Below, piece by piece: positions 43,462 through 52,133 of a stretch of 61,462 bases of DNA; the first letter of the stretch is position 1; each line of letters begins with the position of its first letter. The notes under the pieces were generated by a model. It was not told the DNA's origin. It made no database searches and worked only from the letters and a program-made list of their open reading frames with translations. The DNA lies in IMG/VR virus record IMGVR_UViG_3300034168_000141, positions 1 through 61,462 of that record; one strand, given 5' to 3'. The DNA comes from a virus. Its lineage: Duplodnaviria > Caudoviricetes. The position numbers and the translations under genes are program-made.

Positions 43462-43702
43462 TATTGATTGGCTTATATCTGAATTTGAAAAACAGATTCA
43501 ATTTAGACCTGATTCAGAATTGGATATTTGGTTTAAGGAATTATTTCCAAAAGCTAAAGAACTTCATAAAATGGAAATTGAAAATGCTTATTTAGATGGA
43601 GATTCTAATGGTTGTGGTTGCTACGATTATAGCACAGAACAAGATGCAGAAGAATACTACAATTCAAAAAATTATATAACAGATGGCGCAGAGCAAAACT
43701 AA
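43451..43702 (+). CDS. Hypothetical protein
   Basis: Coupled ORF, CG-poor relative to the rest of B. Confidence 0.65.
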   Translation: MQTSIDWLISEFEKQIQFRPDSELDIWFKELFPKAKELHKMEIENAYLDGDSNGCGCYDYSTEQDAEEYYNSKNYITDGAEQN

Positions 43703-43868
43703 AAAAGGAATATGTGTTTACTTACACAAAGACCTGTGGAATGAGATTGACGAGAAACGTGGGGAGAATAGCCGCAACATTTTTTTAAGCGAAGCTATCC
43801 AGTTCTCAATGAAATTCTACATTCCTGAATCTAAAGTAAAATTGAAAGAACAAACGTCGACAAAATAG
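43683..43868 (+). CDS. Ribbon-helix-helix-like small protein
   Basis: ICVYLHKDLWNEIDEKRGENSRNIFLSEAI pattern. Confidence 0.55.
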   Translation: MAQSKTKKGICVYLHKDLWNEIDEKRGENSRNIFLSEAIQFSMKFYIPESKVKLKEQTSTK

Positions 43869-44406
43869 CGACGGTTGACGTAACGACTAAAGCGTGGTTT
43901 CTGCGCTTTTTTTGTTTCTCTAATTTCTTTTTATCAGCAGCGAGATTGTTAATTTCTTCGGTTAATATGTTTTCCTTCTGTTCATAAGCAACAACCACTT
44001 CTTGTAAGTTGTTTATTTTTTCTTCTTCGATGTTTAATTGTTCTTTTAGGTTGTTAATTACCAATGAATCGGAAGCAATAACGCTATCGCAAGAGTTCAC
44101 CAAAGTGATAACATCAACCCTATTAATAGTATCTCGAATAATAATAGCAGAACGAGTTCTTTTATAGGTGGTTTTGGCTGTAAGTTGAGCATCTTCATAC
44201 GTTCTCAGTTGTTTGTAAAGTTCTATTTGTTCTTGAAGTAGTCGGTCGTATTCGCCAACGTTGTAGTTAATGACGCTATCTTGTTTTTGTACGTTTTCTT
44301 GTACGCTTTTTTTAGGCGTACAACCCCACCAATTCCAACACAACACCAACCAAAGCAAAGACGTTCCAATAAATAGCAGCAATGCCGCAAGTATATTCCT
44401 TCTCAT
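43831..44406 (-). CDS. Putative unimolecular spanin-like protein
   Basis: N-terminal hydrophobic segment with Cys (WWGC), coiled coil, C-terminal TM; end of lysis cassette. Confidence 0.5.
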   Translation of the reverse strand: MRRNILAALLLFIGTSLLWLVLCWNWWGCTPKKSVQENVQKQDSVINYNVGEYDRLLQEQIELYKQLRTYEDAQLTAKTTYKRTRSAIIIRDTINRVDVITLVNSCDSVIASDSLVINNLKEQLNIEEEKINNLQEVVVAYEQKENILTEEINNLAADKKKLEKQKKRRNHALVVTSTVAILSTFVLSILL

Positions 44407-45431
44407 AATATCTGACCTTCGTGTATTCTTAAATTCTTAACGCTGTAACTTCCATTCGTTCCTTTTTCAACAATAGCAAAGCCGTGATTGTACTTCGAAT
44501 ATGGGTTGTAGTCAGGACTTAATTCAGATAAGCAACCAACACCCCAACAAGTGATAAACTTGCCGTTAGCGTCCCTTTCGTTGTGTTCCGCCGTCTGGTG
44601 ATGATGTCCACACAACGCAGAAACTTTTGTCTTCATAAACAATCCACGCGCTACGTTGACCGACGGAAGGAATTGTTTTCCAAACTCATGTCCGTGAAAG
44701 ATTGAAAGTTTACCGATATTCAATTTGCTCTTGCCGTCAATCCAAGTGATGTTGTGTTTGTCTAAATGACACAATGAAGCAAAGTCGAAAGCGTCAATGT
44801 CGAATAGTTCTGGCGCTTTAATACGCATATATCTCCAATATCTTTCTTCGTGGTTTCCTTCCTTATAATAAATGTGAGCTGTTGGAAATTGTTTGCGTAA
44901 CGTATCTACAAACTGACGCATTGCGTACAACTCGTCTTTGAATTTTCTTTTGCGTGGATCTTTGACAAAGTCGCTAATCATGTGACAGTCCAACGCGTCC
45001 CCGTTTAGAATAACCGCGTCGCACCCCTGACGAACACCTTCGTTAATTGCAACCGTTAACGCTTCGTTATCCTGATAAGGAATGTGAACGTCGCAAAGAA
45101 TCAAAAACTTCGTTCCCTTAACCTCAACGTGTCTGCGCTTTTTAGCATACGACTTCGGAAGGGCAAATGGGTTAAGTGGTCGTGGCTTTGCTTCAAACAA
45201 TGACTTGTCCGTTGTTCTCTTTCTTTCAAGGTTACCATGCTTACCACGAATAGTGCGGATAAAGTCACGCGCGTGTTCTTCTGTTGTGTAAACTTCGGGA
45301 TATTCTGCAAACAATTTCTTCGCAAGAGTGAGCGAAGGAGCGTCTTTGAATTTAGAACAAACTTCCTCAGCTATTAATCTCGCTGGTGTTTTCGGTGTTG
45401 CCATTCTTTGCTTGTTTTGTGAATCTCTCAA
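44403..45431 (-). CDS. Calcineurin-like metallophosphoesterase
   Basis: CDVH, NGD, GNHE, FHGH, GHHH. Confidence 0.85.
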   Translation of the reverse strand: MRDSQNKQRMATPKTPARLIAEEVCSKFKDAPSLTLAKKLFAEYPEVYTTEEHARDFIRTIRGKHGNLERKRTTDKSLFEAKPRPLNPFALPKSYAKKRRHVEVKGTKFLILCDVHIPYQDNEALTVAINEGVRQGCDAVILNGDALDCHMISDFVKDPRKRKFKDELYAMRQFVDTLRKQFPTAHIYYKEGNHEERYWRYMRIKAPELFDIDAFDFASLCHLDKHNITWIDGKSKLNIGKLSIFHGHEFGKQFLPSVNVARGLFMKTKVSALCGHHHQTAEHNERDANGKFITCWGVGCLSELSPDYNPYSKYNHGFAIVEKGTNGSYSVKNLRIHEGQIL

Positions 45432-45621
45432 TTACAGTACCACCGAACAATCCTGCGGTCAACAATGCTAATGTGTCAAACATTGCAATGGGACAAACGT
45501 AGGTTGTAAAAGTCGCAACATAGGTGAAAGCAATTAGGTTAATTGTAACAAATATAGCAACAATTCGTTTCGAACTAACTTTTGAACACGAACTTAACAA
45601 AGATATTAACCATTCTTTCAT
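45367..45621 (-). CDS. Putative holin (2 TM)
   Basis: Homologue 13124..13369. Confidence 0.6.
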   Translation of the reverse strand: MKEWLISLLSSCSKVSSKRIVAIFVTINLIAFTYVATFTTYVCPIAMFDTLALLTAGLFGGTVIERFTKQAKNGNTENTSEINS

Positions 45622-45866
45622 ATTAGACGCAAGACAAGTTGAACAATAAGACCACCAACGACACCAGCAGCGGTTGCAATACCACTAAAACGAGCGACTT
45701 GTAAACGTTGGTTTTGAATATACTTGTCGTGTTTTTGAACCTTACTCACAAGACCTTCGATTTTCATTTCGTCATCACCAATAAGAACGTGATAAATGCG
45801 GTCTATCTTCTTATTCATATTCTGCAATTCCTCGTGTATCAAAGCTATCTCGTTTTCGGTGTTCAT
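45618..45866 (-). CDS. Coiled-coil protein with C-terminal TM (holin/antiholin-like)
   Basis: Likely start 45866 (MNTENEI); between lysozyme and holin. Confidence 0.6.
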   Translation of the reverse strand: MNTENEIALIHEELQNMNKKIDRIYHVLIGDDEMKIEGLVSKVQKHDKYIQNQRLQVARFSGIATAAGVVGGLIVQLVLRLI

Positions 45867-45867
45867 G

Positions 45868-46311
45868 TCATTTGAAGTATAGTTGTATTTCTGCCTCTCT
45901 GCGTGTAACCAAACCATTTAAGACTTTACCACCGCCCTTGTTCCAAAGTTTGAAAGAATCTGCAATTGTTGGATCTTGTGGATTGATATTTAATTTCTTA
46001 AACACCGAAGAACGTTTAAAGCCACCCGTACCAATGTTGTACGCAAGTGAAACACACGCGCTAAATTGATTATCGTTGAGTGGTTTCAAAATAAAAGGAG
46101 TGATTGAAACTGCGAACTGGTCAATTATAAACTTCGCTAATTCGTCAGCACGTTGCTGAGTGATTACGTCGCCTTCTTTCACCTTATCTCCGTTCTCGTA
46201 GAAAGTATTTCCAAAGCCAATAGTCCACACGTTTGCAGGACATTTATACGCTTTCAATCTACAACCTTCAAAACGCTTTATTAGAGCGTATCCTTCTGCG
46301 TTAACTTTCAT
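45868..46311 (-). CDS. GH24 phage lysozyme (endolysin)
   Basis: IKRFEGCRLKAYKCPANVWTIGFG...AYNIG...GLVTRREAE. Confidence 0.92.
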   Translation of the reverse strand: MKVNAEGYALIKRFEGCRLKAYKCPANVWTIGFGNTFYENGDKVKEGDVITQQRADELAKFIIDQFAVSITPFILKPLNDNQFSACVSLAYNIGTGGFKRSSVFKKLNINPQDPTIADSFKLWNKGGGKVLNGLVTRREAEIQLYFK

Positions 46312-46432
46312 TCACCAATCTTTTTATTTGTTTCTCTTTTCGAATTAAATACTTACGGAATTTCTCCTCGTAAATCTTTTGCTTAACCATGTCTTTCTTG
46401 CGTCCCCTTGTAGCCATGTTTTGTTTTATTCG

Positions 46433-47005
46433 TTATCTAATCCACCCCAAACCTTGTCTTCTGTAAGTGTATGCGTATCTATCGCGTCCTGTACTAATCT
46501 CAAAAGCGTTGGAAGGGTACACGTTAGTCTGCGACCATATCTGTTGAGTTACGTTTGTCGTGTACTCTGGAAAGTCCGATTGATTAAAACACAAATAGTC
46601 AACCATTCTTTGAGTGTAAAACATAGCTTGTGAACGTGCTTGGTCGCGGTAGTTCTGCAAGTCGGTTTGTGTTATTGGTGTAGTGTCTTCGCTTGTGCGA
46701 ATTACTAAACTTCCGTTATCCGTTTTAACGTACAAATGAGGCAGCATTTCATACAAAGACCACCACATAATCATTCGACGCAAGTAATTGTCAAGAAGGG
46801 TTGCGTATGCGCCCGTGATGTCATCGTTGACAACATCTTCTTTCACTTTGTTATAAAGGTCAGTTCCTAAATACAACTGCGCGTACTTGTCCTGCGACAA
46901 ATAGATAGCAGGGTACATAAGCAACGGATCGACTGAGCCGTTAATCCAACTATATTTTTTTATGTAGTTTTCGTCAATGAGTAGAACTTCGGGTTGTAGT
47001 GCCAT
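46433..47005 (-). CDS. Putative head-tail adaptor
   Basis: Homologue 14173..14748. Confidence 0.55.
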   Translation of the reverse strand: MALQPEVLLIDENYIKKYSWINGSVDPLLMYPAIYLSQDKYAQLYLGTDLYNKVKEDVVNDDITGAYATLLDNYLRRMIMWWSLYEMLPHLYVKTDNGSLVIRTSEDTTPITQTDLQNYRDQARSQAMFYTQRMVDYLCFNQSDFPEYTTNVTQQIWSQTNVYPSNAFEISTGRDRYAYTYRRQGLGWIR

Positions 47006-47008
47006 TTT

Positions 47009-48697
47009 TTATGAGTATTTAATTGAACCTCGTGAGGGTGTGTTAATTGGAGCAACACCTTCAGCTCCTTTTTGCGGTACAAATGGATTGTTACCAACGC
47101 GCTTGTCGTTATTTAATCCGTCGTTAGGAAGTACACGTCCTTTTGAATCTCTTTTACGAATGTAAATTTGACGCTTCCAAAAGTGATGACAAAACGCGCC
47201 ACCTTTCCAAATAAATATGTCGTAGGTGTTTGAACCGCCTGGTCCGAAATCGGGGTTAATGTCGGGATCTTTGCTCATCTTTTCAATATCTTCATATCTA
47301 AAAGACAAACCTGCTTGAGAAATACCTACCATTTCTTGACAAAACTCACGACTATTTTCGCTTAAGTTTTGTGAGTAAGCATAACGTAATTTGTAAAGTC
47401 CTGTGTCGCCAAAAGCAGACCTTTCGTCAGCGTTTGCGTAACTACGAACACTCATATATTCCTGACGGAAATTAGCCTCGTTTTCGGGTTCTGTTACGTC
47501 TTCTTCACTCAACAACTCCCACTCGTCTAAATCGACTAATTCAGCTTTTTCTTTTAGCGCGTTAATCCAAAGACGACCTTGCTCATCTGAAAAATCATTT
47601 TCAGCAGCAACTACTTTTTTTTTTAACTCAGCAGTTTGAACCGTTGGTTGAACAACAACTACTTCGTCGAATACGCTGTTCATTGTGATAGTTAAATCAC
47701 TTCCAAGAATAGGCGCGAATGTATTTGTAATGATTCTTTGGTATGGCTTGATTACTTGATTGTTGAATATCTCCATTCCAACCAACATTTCGTCCTTATT
47801 CGAACCGAATCCTGTTGTATCTCTAATTCCGTGAATCAATGGCGACACAACGCGGTGTCCTACCATGATTTGCTTTGCGGTTTCTTCTGATAAGAACTGA
47901 TATTGTTTGTCAGCGTCCGACAAAGGAAAGTCTTGTATTTGTGGAGCGCGTGTAGGATCTTCGTTGAAAGTCATTAAGAACTTCCCTGCGTTACTTGCAC
48001 CGCTCAATCTTTCTTCCCACTCACGACGTATTGCCTCACGTTCTTCTTTCTGCGGTATTCCGTTTAAGAAGTTAATGATGAATGAAGGAAATAATCCGTT
48101 TAAGATATTGTTGACGTGGTATAGTCCCATTTGATAAGACAACTCAACGTAGTTCAACGCTCCGAAGTAGTCAGGCTTTGCGTAGTACGAAGAACCTGCC
48201 ATCATTCCGTGAGCGTAGATAACTTGACGCGGTTGTTCTTCCGCCTGTGAAGGATTGAATGCAGGAATGAACTCAGGCTTTCCTTTTTTGCTTCGTGAGT
48301 TAGCCCAGTCACGTGAATACCAAATTCCTGTAATGTCATCTTCTTCTTTGTCGTAAGCAAGACGACAGTTCTCAAAAGGCAAGTGGTTGATTTTAACAAC
48401 GCGAGTGAAGTCCATTGACCAAATCACTTCGGCAACAAATGCACCTTGAAGTTTTAAGTCGAACGCAATACCTTGCAATGCGTTGTCGAGAATCGTACCG
48501 GTACCTTTGCCTTCAATCATGTAAGCAATTGAGTTCGTCAATGCGTTGTGAATAGGACTGTTATAATAAAGCGTGATTAGGTGCTGAGGAAATAAGTTGT
48601 TGTAACCGTAGTCAATCCAACCAGCACGGTTCTCTTTTTCAGTTGCTTCAACTGGTTCGTATGCCGATAAGTTAATTGCTTGAATGTTATTTTCCAT
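47009..48697 (-). CDS. Portal protein with C-terminal extension domain
   Basis: Homologue 14760..16766; A10 run at 47615-47624. Confidence 0.8.
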   Translation of the reverse strand: MENNIQAINLSAYEPVEATEKENRAGWIDYGYNNLFPQHLITLYYNSPIHNALTNSIAYMIEGKGTGTILDNALQGIAFDLKLQGAFVAEVIWSMDFTRVVKINHLPFENCRLAYDKEEDDITGIWYSRDWANSRSKKGKPEFIPAFNPSQAEEQPRQVIYAHGMMAGSSYYAKPDYFGALNYVELSYQMGLYHVNNILNGLFPSFIINFLNGIPQKEEREAIRREWEERLSGASNAGKFLMTFNEDPTRAPQIQDFPLSDADKQYQFLSEETAKQIMVGHRVVSPLIHGIRDTTGFGSNKDEMLVGMEIFNNQVIKPYQRIITNTFAPILGSDLTITMNSVFDEVVVVQPTVQTAELKKKVVAAENDFSDEQGRLWINALKEKAELVDLDEWELLSEEDVTEPENEANFRQEYMSVRSYANADERSAFGDTGLYKLRYAYSQNLSENSREFCQEMVGISQAGLSFRYEDIEKMSKDPDINPDFGPGGSNTYDIFIWKGGAFCHHFWKRQIYIRKRDSKGRVLPNDGLNNDKRVGNNPFVPQKGAEGVAPINTPSRGSIKYS

Positions 48698-48699
48698 AG

Positions 48700-49083
48700 T
48701 TATGCACCTGTATAAATTACGTCTACGGGAATCGTAGGCGAAGAAACGTCGAAGTAAATTGTTCCATCTTGAAGTATCATTGAACCACGTTCAACCAAAC
48801 CTACAACGGAAGCGTTTGTTGGATCTAAATTAACCGCGCTGTTTTGTCCGTACACGTCGTACTTATATTTTCCAGCGTCAACAAGACCAACTGTTGTCAA
48901 ACGTATTTTAGTAACACGTTCATTTTCGTTTATGACCTCTACGACCTGACCAAGTTGTTCACCTGTCATTTCGTATGTCATAACAAGAAGGTAATTTGTA
49001 AACGCAACATTGAAGTAAGCACGTCCCTCGTCTAACGAAAGCCATGCGTATTGATTCGCAGTATTTGTATTCAAATAAACCAT
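48700..49083 (-). CDS. Virion structural protein
   Basis: Homologue 16759..17169. Confidence 0.5.
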   Translation of the reverse strand: MVYLNTNTANQYAWLSLDEGRAYFNVAFTNYLLVMTYEMTGEQLGQVVEVINENERVTKIRLTTVGLVDAGKYKYDVYGQNSAVNLDPTNASVVGLVERGSMILQDGTIYFDVSSPTIPVDVIYTGA

Positions 49084-49117
49084 TCTAACTTTTATTTGTT
49101 TGCTAAAATTACATCAC

Positions 49118-49138
49118 AGAGGGACGCTTTGCCCCTCT
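49118..49138 (-). terminator. Hairpin after tail tube gene
   Basis: AGAGGG...CCCTCT inverted repeat. Confidence 0.45.
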
Positions 49139-49156
49139 ATGTGTAAAAGTTTTTTG

Positions 49157-49663
49157 TTAGTCAAGGATTGACAAAGGCGCACCGCTCAATTTGTACGCTC
49201 TTTTTGGAGTTTCGTGTACAAATGCAAGTGTGTATCCGTTCATATCACCTAAAGCTGTTCCTGTCGCTGCTGTTCCTGTTGAAAGGTCAGCACCGAACTC
49301 ATAACCAACAGCCCACCAATTATCGCTGGAATCGTTAACGAAAACCATTGGACGACCTTGTGCAACTGTTTGCAACTCCAAACGCTTTGGAGCGCTCAAT
49401 TTGTTCAACATAACGTTTACCGTCTGCGTGTAGAAAATAGTTCCTGCATCGCGGTTGAAGTTAATTGTTTCTTCAAACGATCCTGTTTGTGTTGGCAATT
49501 CGTATGTGTACAAATCACCTGAGATTGGGCCAACGATAGCAGTAACAATTTCGTTTGCGTCAAAAGTTAACGAAGTAACCGTGTCGCAAAGAATGATTTT
49601 CTTAATACCACCGATGCCGTCTTTGCAATCGAGTGTGAAACCTGTGCTTAATTCACATGCCAT
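49157..49663 (-). CDS. Major tail tube protein (putative)
   Basis: Homologue 17194..17742. Confidence 0.65.
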   Translation of the reverse strand: MACELSTGFTLDCKDGIGGIKKIILCDTVTSLTFDANEIVTAIVGPISGDLYTYELPTQTGSFEETINFNRDAGTIFYTQTVNVMLNKLSAPKRLELQTVAQGRPMVFVNDSSDNWWAVGYEFGADLSTGTAATGTALGDMNGYTLAFVHETPKRAYKLSGAPLSILD

Positions 49664-49686
49664 ATTATTAATGTTTTTATTAGCAC

Positions 49687-49720
49687 AAAAGAGGGGTGGT
49701 TTTTATGCCACCACCTCTCT
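49687..49720 (-). terminator. Terminator after major capsid gene
   Basis: GAGG-GGTGG...CCACC-ACCTC hairpin with a U run on the minus strand. Confidence 0.65.
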
Positions 49721-49746
49721 ATATGCAAGGGTTAGAATGGTTGAGA

Positions 49747-50649
49747 TTAGGCAGTATATTGGTAGAACGCGATTTCGTTTCCGAATCCGTATTGTACACC
49801 TGCGAAGAAAGACGCTGCGAAACGTACGTTGTCAGAAAGGTCGTATTGGTACATATCTAAAACCGCTACGTTGTTCCATTGGTCAAGTAAGTTAGTACCG
49901 AACCAAAGGTTTGATTTTTGGTAAAACGCCATTGTGTCGTCGCTCATTCCAGGACATTCGATAACGTCGTATTGTCCCTGCCAGTTCATTACAACTGATT
50001 CACCTTGATACAAGTAGTATCCACCACCAAGACCAAGAATTGCGCTTCTGTATGCTTCAGCAACATTTGAAGAAACTGCGATAACAGGCTTTTCAGTAGC
50101 ACGACGAACGCGTGTTGGAAGTGTCAAAACAAGTTTACCCATTTCCTCGATTACGTTTGCAGAAGTGATTGCCTCTGGAGCATCAACGTCAAGAACATCT
50201 CCGTCAGCTAAGAACAAAGTTTCGAAACCTGCGTACTCACCAGCGTTAGCGTTAACACCCTGCCATATCAATACTTCGTTGCGTGCTGCAACACCCGCCA
50301 ATACGTTAGCGATTAAAGCGTCAGTCAATGAAGCGTGAAGGAATCCGTCTTGCTCAGACTTAGCTTCCCAATCAGTCAAGAAATCTTTCTTGCAAAGTTG
50401 ACGGTGAACTTGGAATTTCTCCAAAGTCAAGATACGCTCTGTAAGAGTAACAGTTCCAGTTGGTGTGAAGTCACAAGTCGCGTTTGCGAAAGTGATAGAA
50501 TCAACTAATTTGCGAACAACTTGCTTGTACTCGATGTTCTCTTTGAAAGTAACAGCAGCAAGTGATTCGTTGCTTAAAAACGCAGCGCGGATATATCCTG
50601 CTGCTTCGCGACCTGCGTAGGTCGTAGTTAATGAAGTGGTAGTAGCCAT
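49747..50649 (-). CDS. Major capsid protein
   Basis: Homologue 17829..18752. Confidence 0.8.
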   Translation of the reverse strand: MATTTSLTTTYAGREAAGYIRAAFLSNESLAAVTFKENIEYKQVVRKLVDSITFANATCDFTPTGTVTLTERILTLEKFQVHRQLCKKDFLTDWEAKSEQDGFLHASLTDALIANVLAGVAARNEVLIWQGVNANAGEYAGFETLFLADGDVLDVDAPEAITSANVIEEMGKLVLTLPTRVRRATEKPVIAVSSNVAEAYRSAILGLGGGYYLYQGESVVMNWQGQYDVIECPGMSDDTMAFYQKSNLWFGTNLLDQWNNVAVLDMYQYDLSDNVRFAASFFAGVQYGFGNEIAFYQYTA

Positions 50650-50665
50650 TTTTTATTTTGTTTTT

Positions 50666-51235
50666 TTATTTTTTTAAGTGAAATAAGAAGCGTTCTTCTG
50701 CTGACATTTTATTGTAGCTTTTTGAAGGTGCGCTTACTTTTGATTGTTTAACTTCTTTGATTGATGTTGCCGCAGGTTGTGCGCTCAACTTCTCTACGTT
50801 AGCAGAAAGTTCGGTGTTTGCCTTCTTGATGTCGGCAAGTTCGCTTTCTAATTTAGCAACCAAAGACAAAAGACCTTCAACCTCTGCGTTGAATGTGTCC
50901 TCAACAACAACTTCCGTTGATTGTTCTTCTTCGATTGTTATTTCAACCTCTGGTTCTTCAACCATTGGCTTCAATTCAACAAGTAGTCCGTCAGTAACAA
51001 CTACAATAACCCCTTCGGCTGTTGTGTATTCTCCGTCCGCTACAACAACTTCGTTGCCTTCTGCGTCTTTTGCGAATACACGAACTCCAGGCGCCCATGT
51101 GTCGCTGTCTGAATAGATGCTTGTTCCGTCCTCTAATACCGCTTCAACCATTTGCTTAACCTCAACTACTTCTTCAGCAGATAGGCTTACATTGTGCTTT
51201 GCGAAAAGAGCGTTAACTTTTTCTCTTAAGTTCAT
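50666..51235 (-). CDS. Putative scaffold protein
   Basis: Start 51235 (MNLREKVNALFAKHNVSLS) aligns with the start of the A homologue. Confidence 0.6.
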   Translation of the reverse strand: MNLREKVNALFAKHNVSLSAEEVVEVKQMVEAVLEDGTSIYSDSDTWAPGVRVFAKDAEGNEVVVADGEYTTAEGVIVVVTDGLLVELKPMVEEPEVEITIEEEQSTEVVVEDTFNAEVEGLLSLVAKLESELADIKKANTELSANVEKLSAQPAATSIKEVKQSKVSAPSKSYNKMSAEERFLFHLKK

Positions 51236-51278
51236 ATAAGTGTTTATTAAATGTTTAGTTCCTAAATAGAAAAACCTG

Positions 51279-51286
51279 TATATTTG
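51279..51286 (+). promoter_or_regulatory. -7 element TATATTTG driving a plus-strand non-coding transcript
   Basis: Consensus box on the non-coding strand, terminator ~47 nt downstream. Confidence 0.65.
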
Positions 51287-51290
51287 TTTC

Positions 51291-51363
51291 ACAATTCGGC
51301 TTTTCATAGTTGATTTTGATTTTTAGGTTTGACGAGGGGAGTAGTTACCCCTCGTTTTTTTTT
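51291..51363 (+). ncRNA. Candidate trans-acting sRNA complementary to early-gene translation initiation regions
   Basis: Core TTTTCATAGTTGATTTTGATTTTTAGGTTT, then ACGAGGG..CCCTCGT hairpin and T run; near-complementary to 37653-37673. Confidence 0.6.
51332..51363 (+). terminator. Intrinsic terminator
   Basis: ACGAGGGG-agtagtta-CCCCTCGT followed by a T run. Confidence 0.8.
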
Positions 51364-51538
51364 ACCCTAAAGAATCCAATATCGTGTTTAGCGTCTTCAT
51401 TTCGTCGTCGGTCAATCCGTAAGACTTGAACCCCATTTTACCGCCATCGTCCGTTATCTTGGTGAGTGCGTTGAGAAACAGGGTAGCATCGTCGTTGAAT
51501 AGTTCGACCTTTAAGAACCCCCCTGCTTCTATGTTCAT

Positions 51539-52129
51539 TTAATCCTCTTTCAAAAGGTCATTTAGTTCTTCAAGAATGGCAGCAAACTCGTCGTGTGAGT
51601 GCAAATACATTTCTTTCTCAACTTCAAATTTTCCTTCGATTGAGAAACCCAACACTTCTTTGTTTTGTATCTGCTGTTTCACTTCTTCGTTGTCCACTTT
51701 CATGCAACCGAACCACGTTCCTTCTGGAAGGTCGAAGCCGAAGTTCTTTGACTTGTCGTTTTCGCCTTCAATGATCCACGTTTCCACCAAAGAAACACCG
51801 TCAACCACTTTCGCGTGTTCAACTGTTGCGTTGTTGGTCATGTTTTGCTTTAAGTAGTTGTAAGCAATTGAGCGAATGGTGTCCTTTGAATACTTAACGT
51901 AGTATTCTTCATTCGTCTTGTCGTCACGTCGGTAGATTAGTTGGTCAGGAATCAATAGAGCGCCGTATAAAAGACCTCTAAAATCTTCTTTGAACTTTAC
52001 CGTATGTTGTTCGCTTAACGCAACGAAATCGACACCTATTGCAGGTTGTTCTACCACGCTGATTGCGAATACTCCGAGCGAACCTTCGTCGTCCACTCCG
52101 TATTCAATAACTTTAATTTTTTTGTTCAT
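51539..52129 (-). CDS. XkdF-like prohead serine protease
   Basis: AISVVEQPAI...GALLIPD...VETW...GTWF...GFSIEG. Confidence 0.75.
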   Translation of the reverse strand: MNKKIKVIEYGVDDEGSLGVFAISVVEQPAIGVDFVALSEQHTVKFKEDFRGLLYGALLIPDQLIYRRDDKTNEEYYVKYSKDTIRSIAYNYLKQNMTNNATVEHAKVVDGVSLVETWIIEGENDKSKNFGFDLPEGTWFGCMKVDNEEVKQQIQNKEVLGFSIEGKFEVEKEMYLHSHDEFAAILEELNDLLKED

Positions 52130-52133
52130 GTTT

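Noticed and set aside
51236-51307. 24 aa N-terminal extension of the scaffold protein
   Set aside because: The A homologue aligns from 51235 and the extension overlaps an opposite-strand promoter; kept only as a caveat to the sRNA finding.
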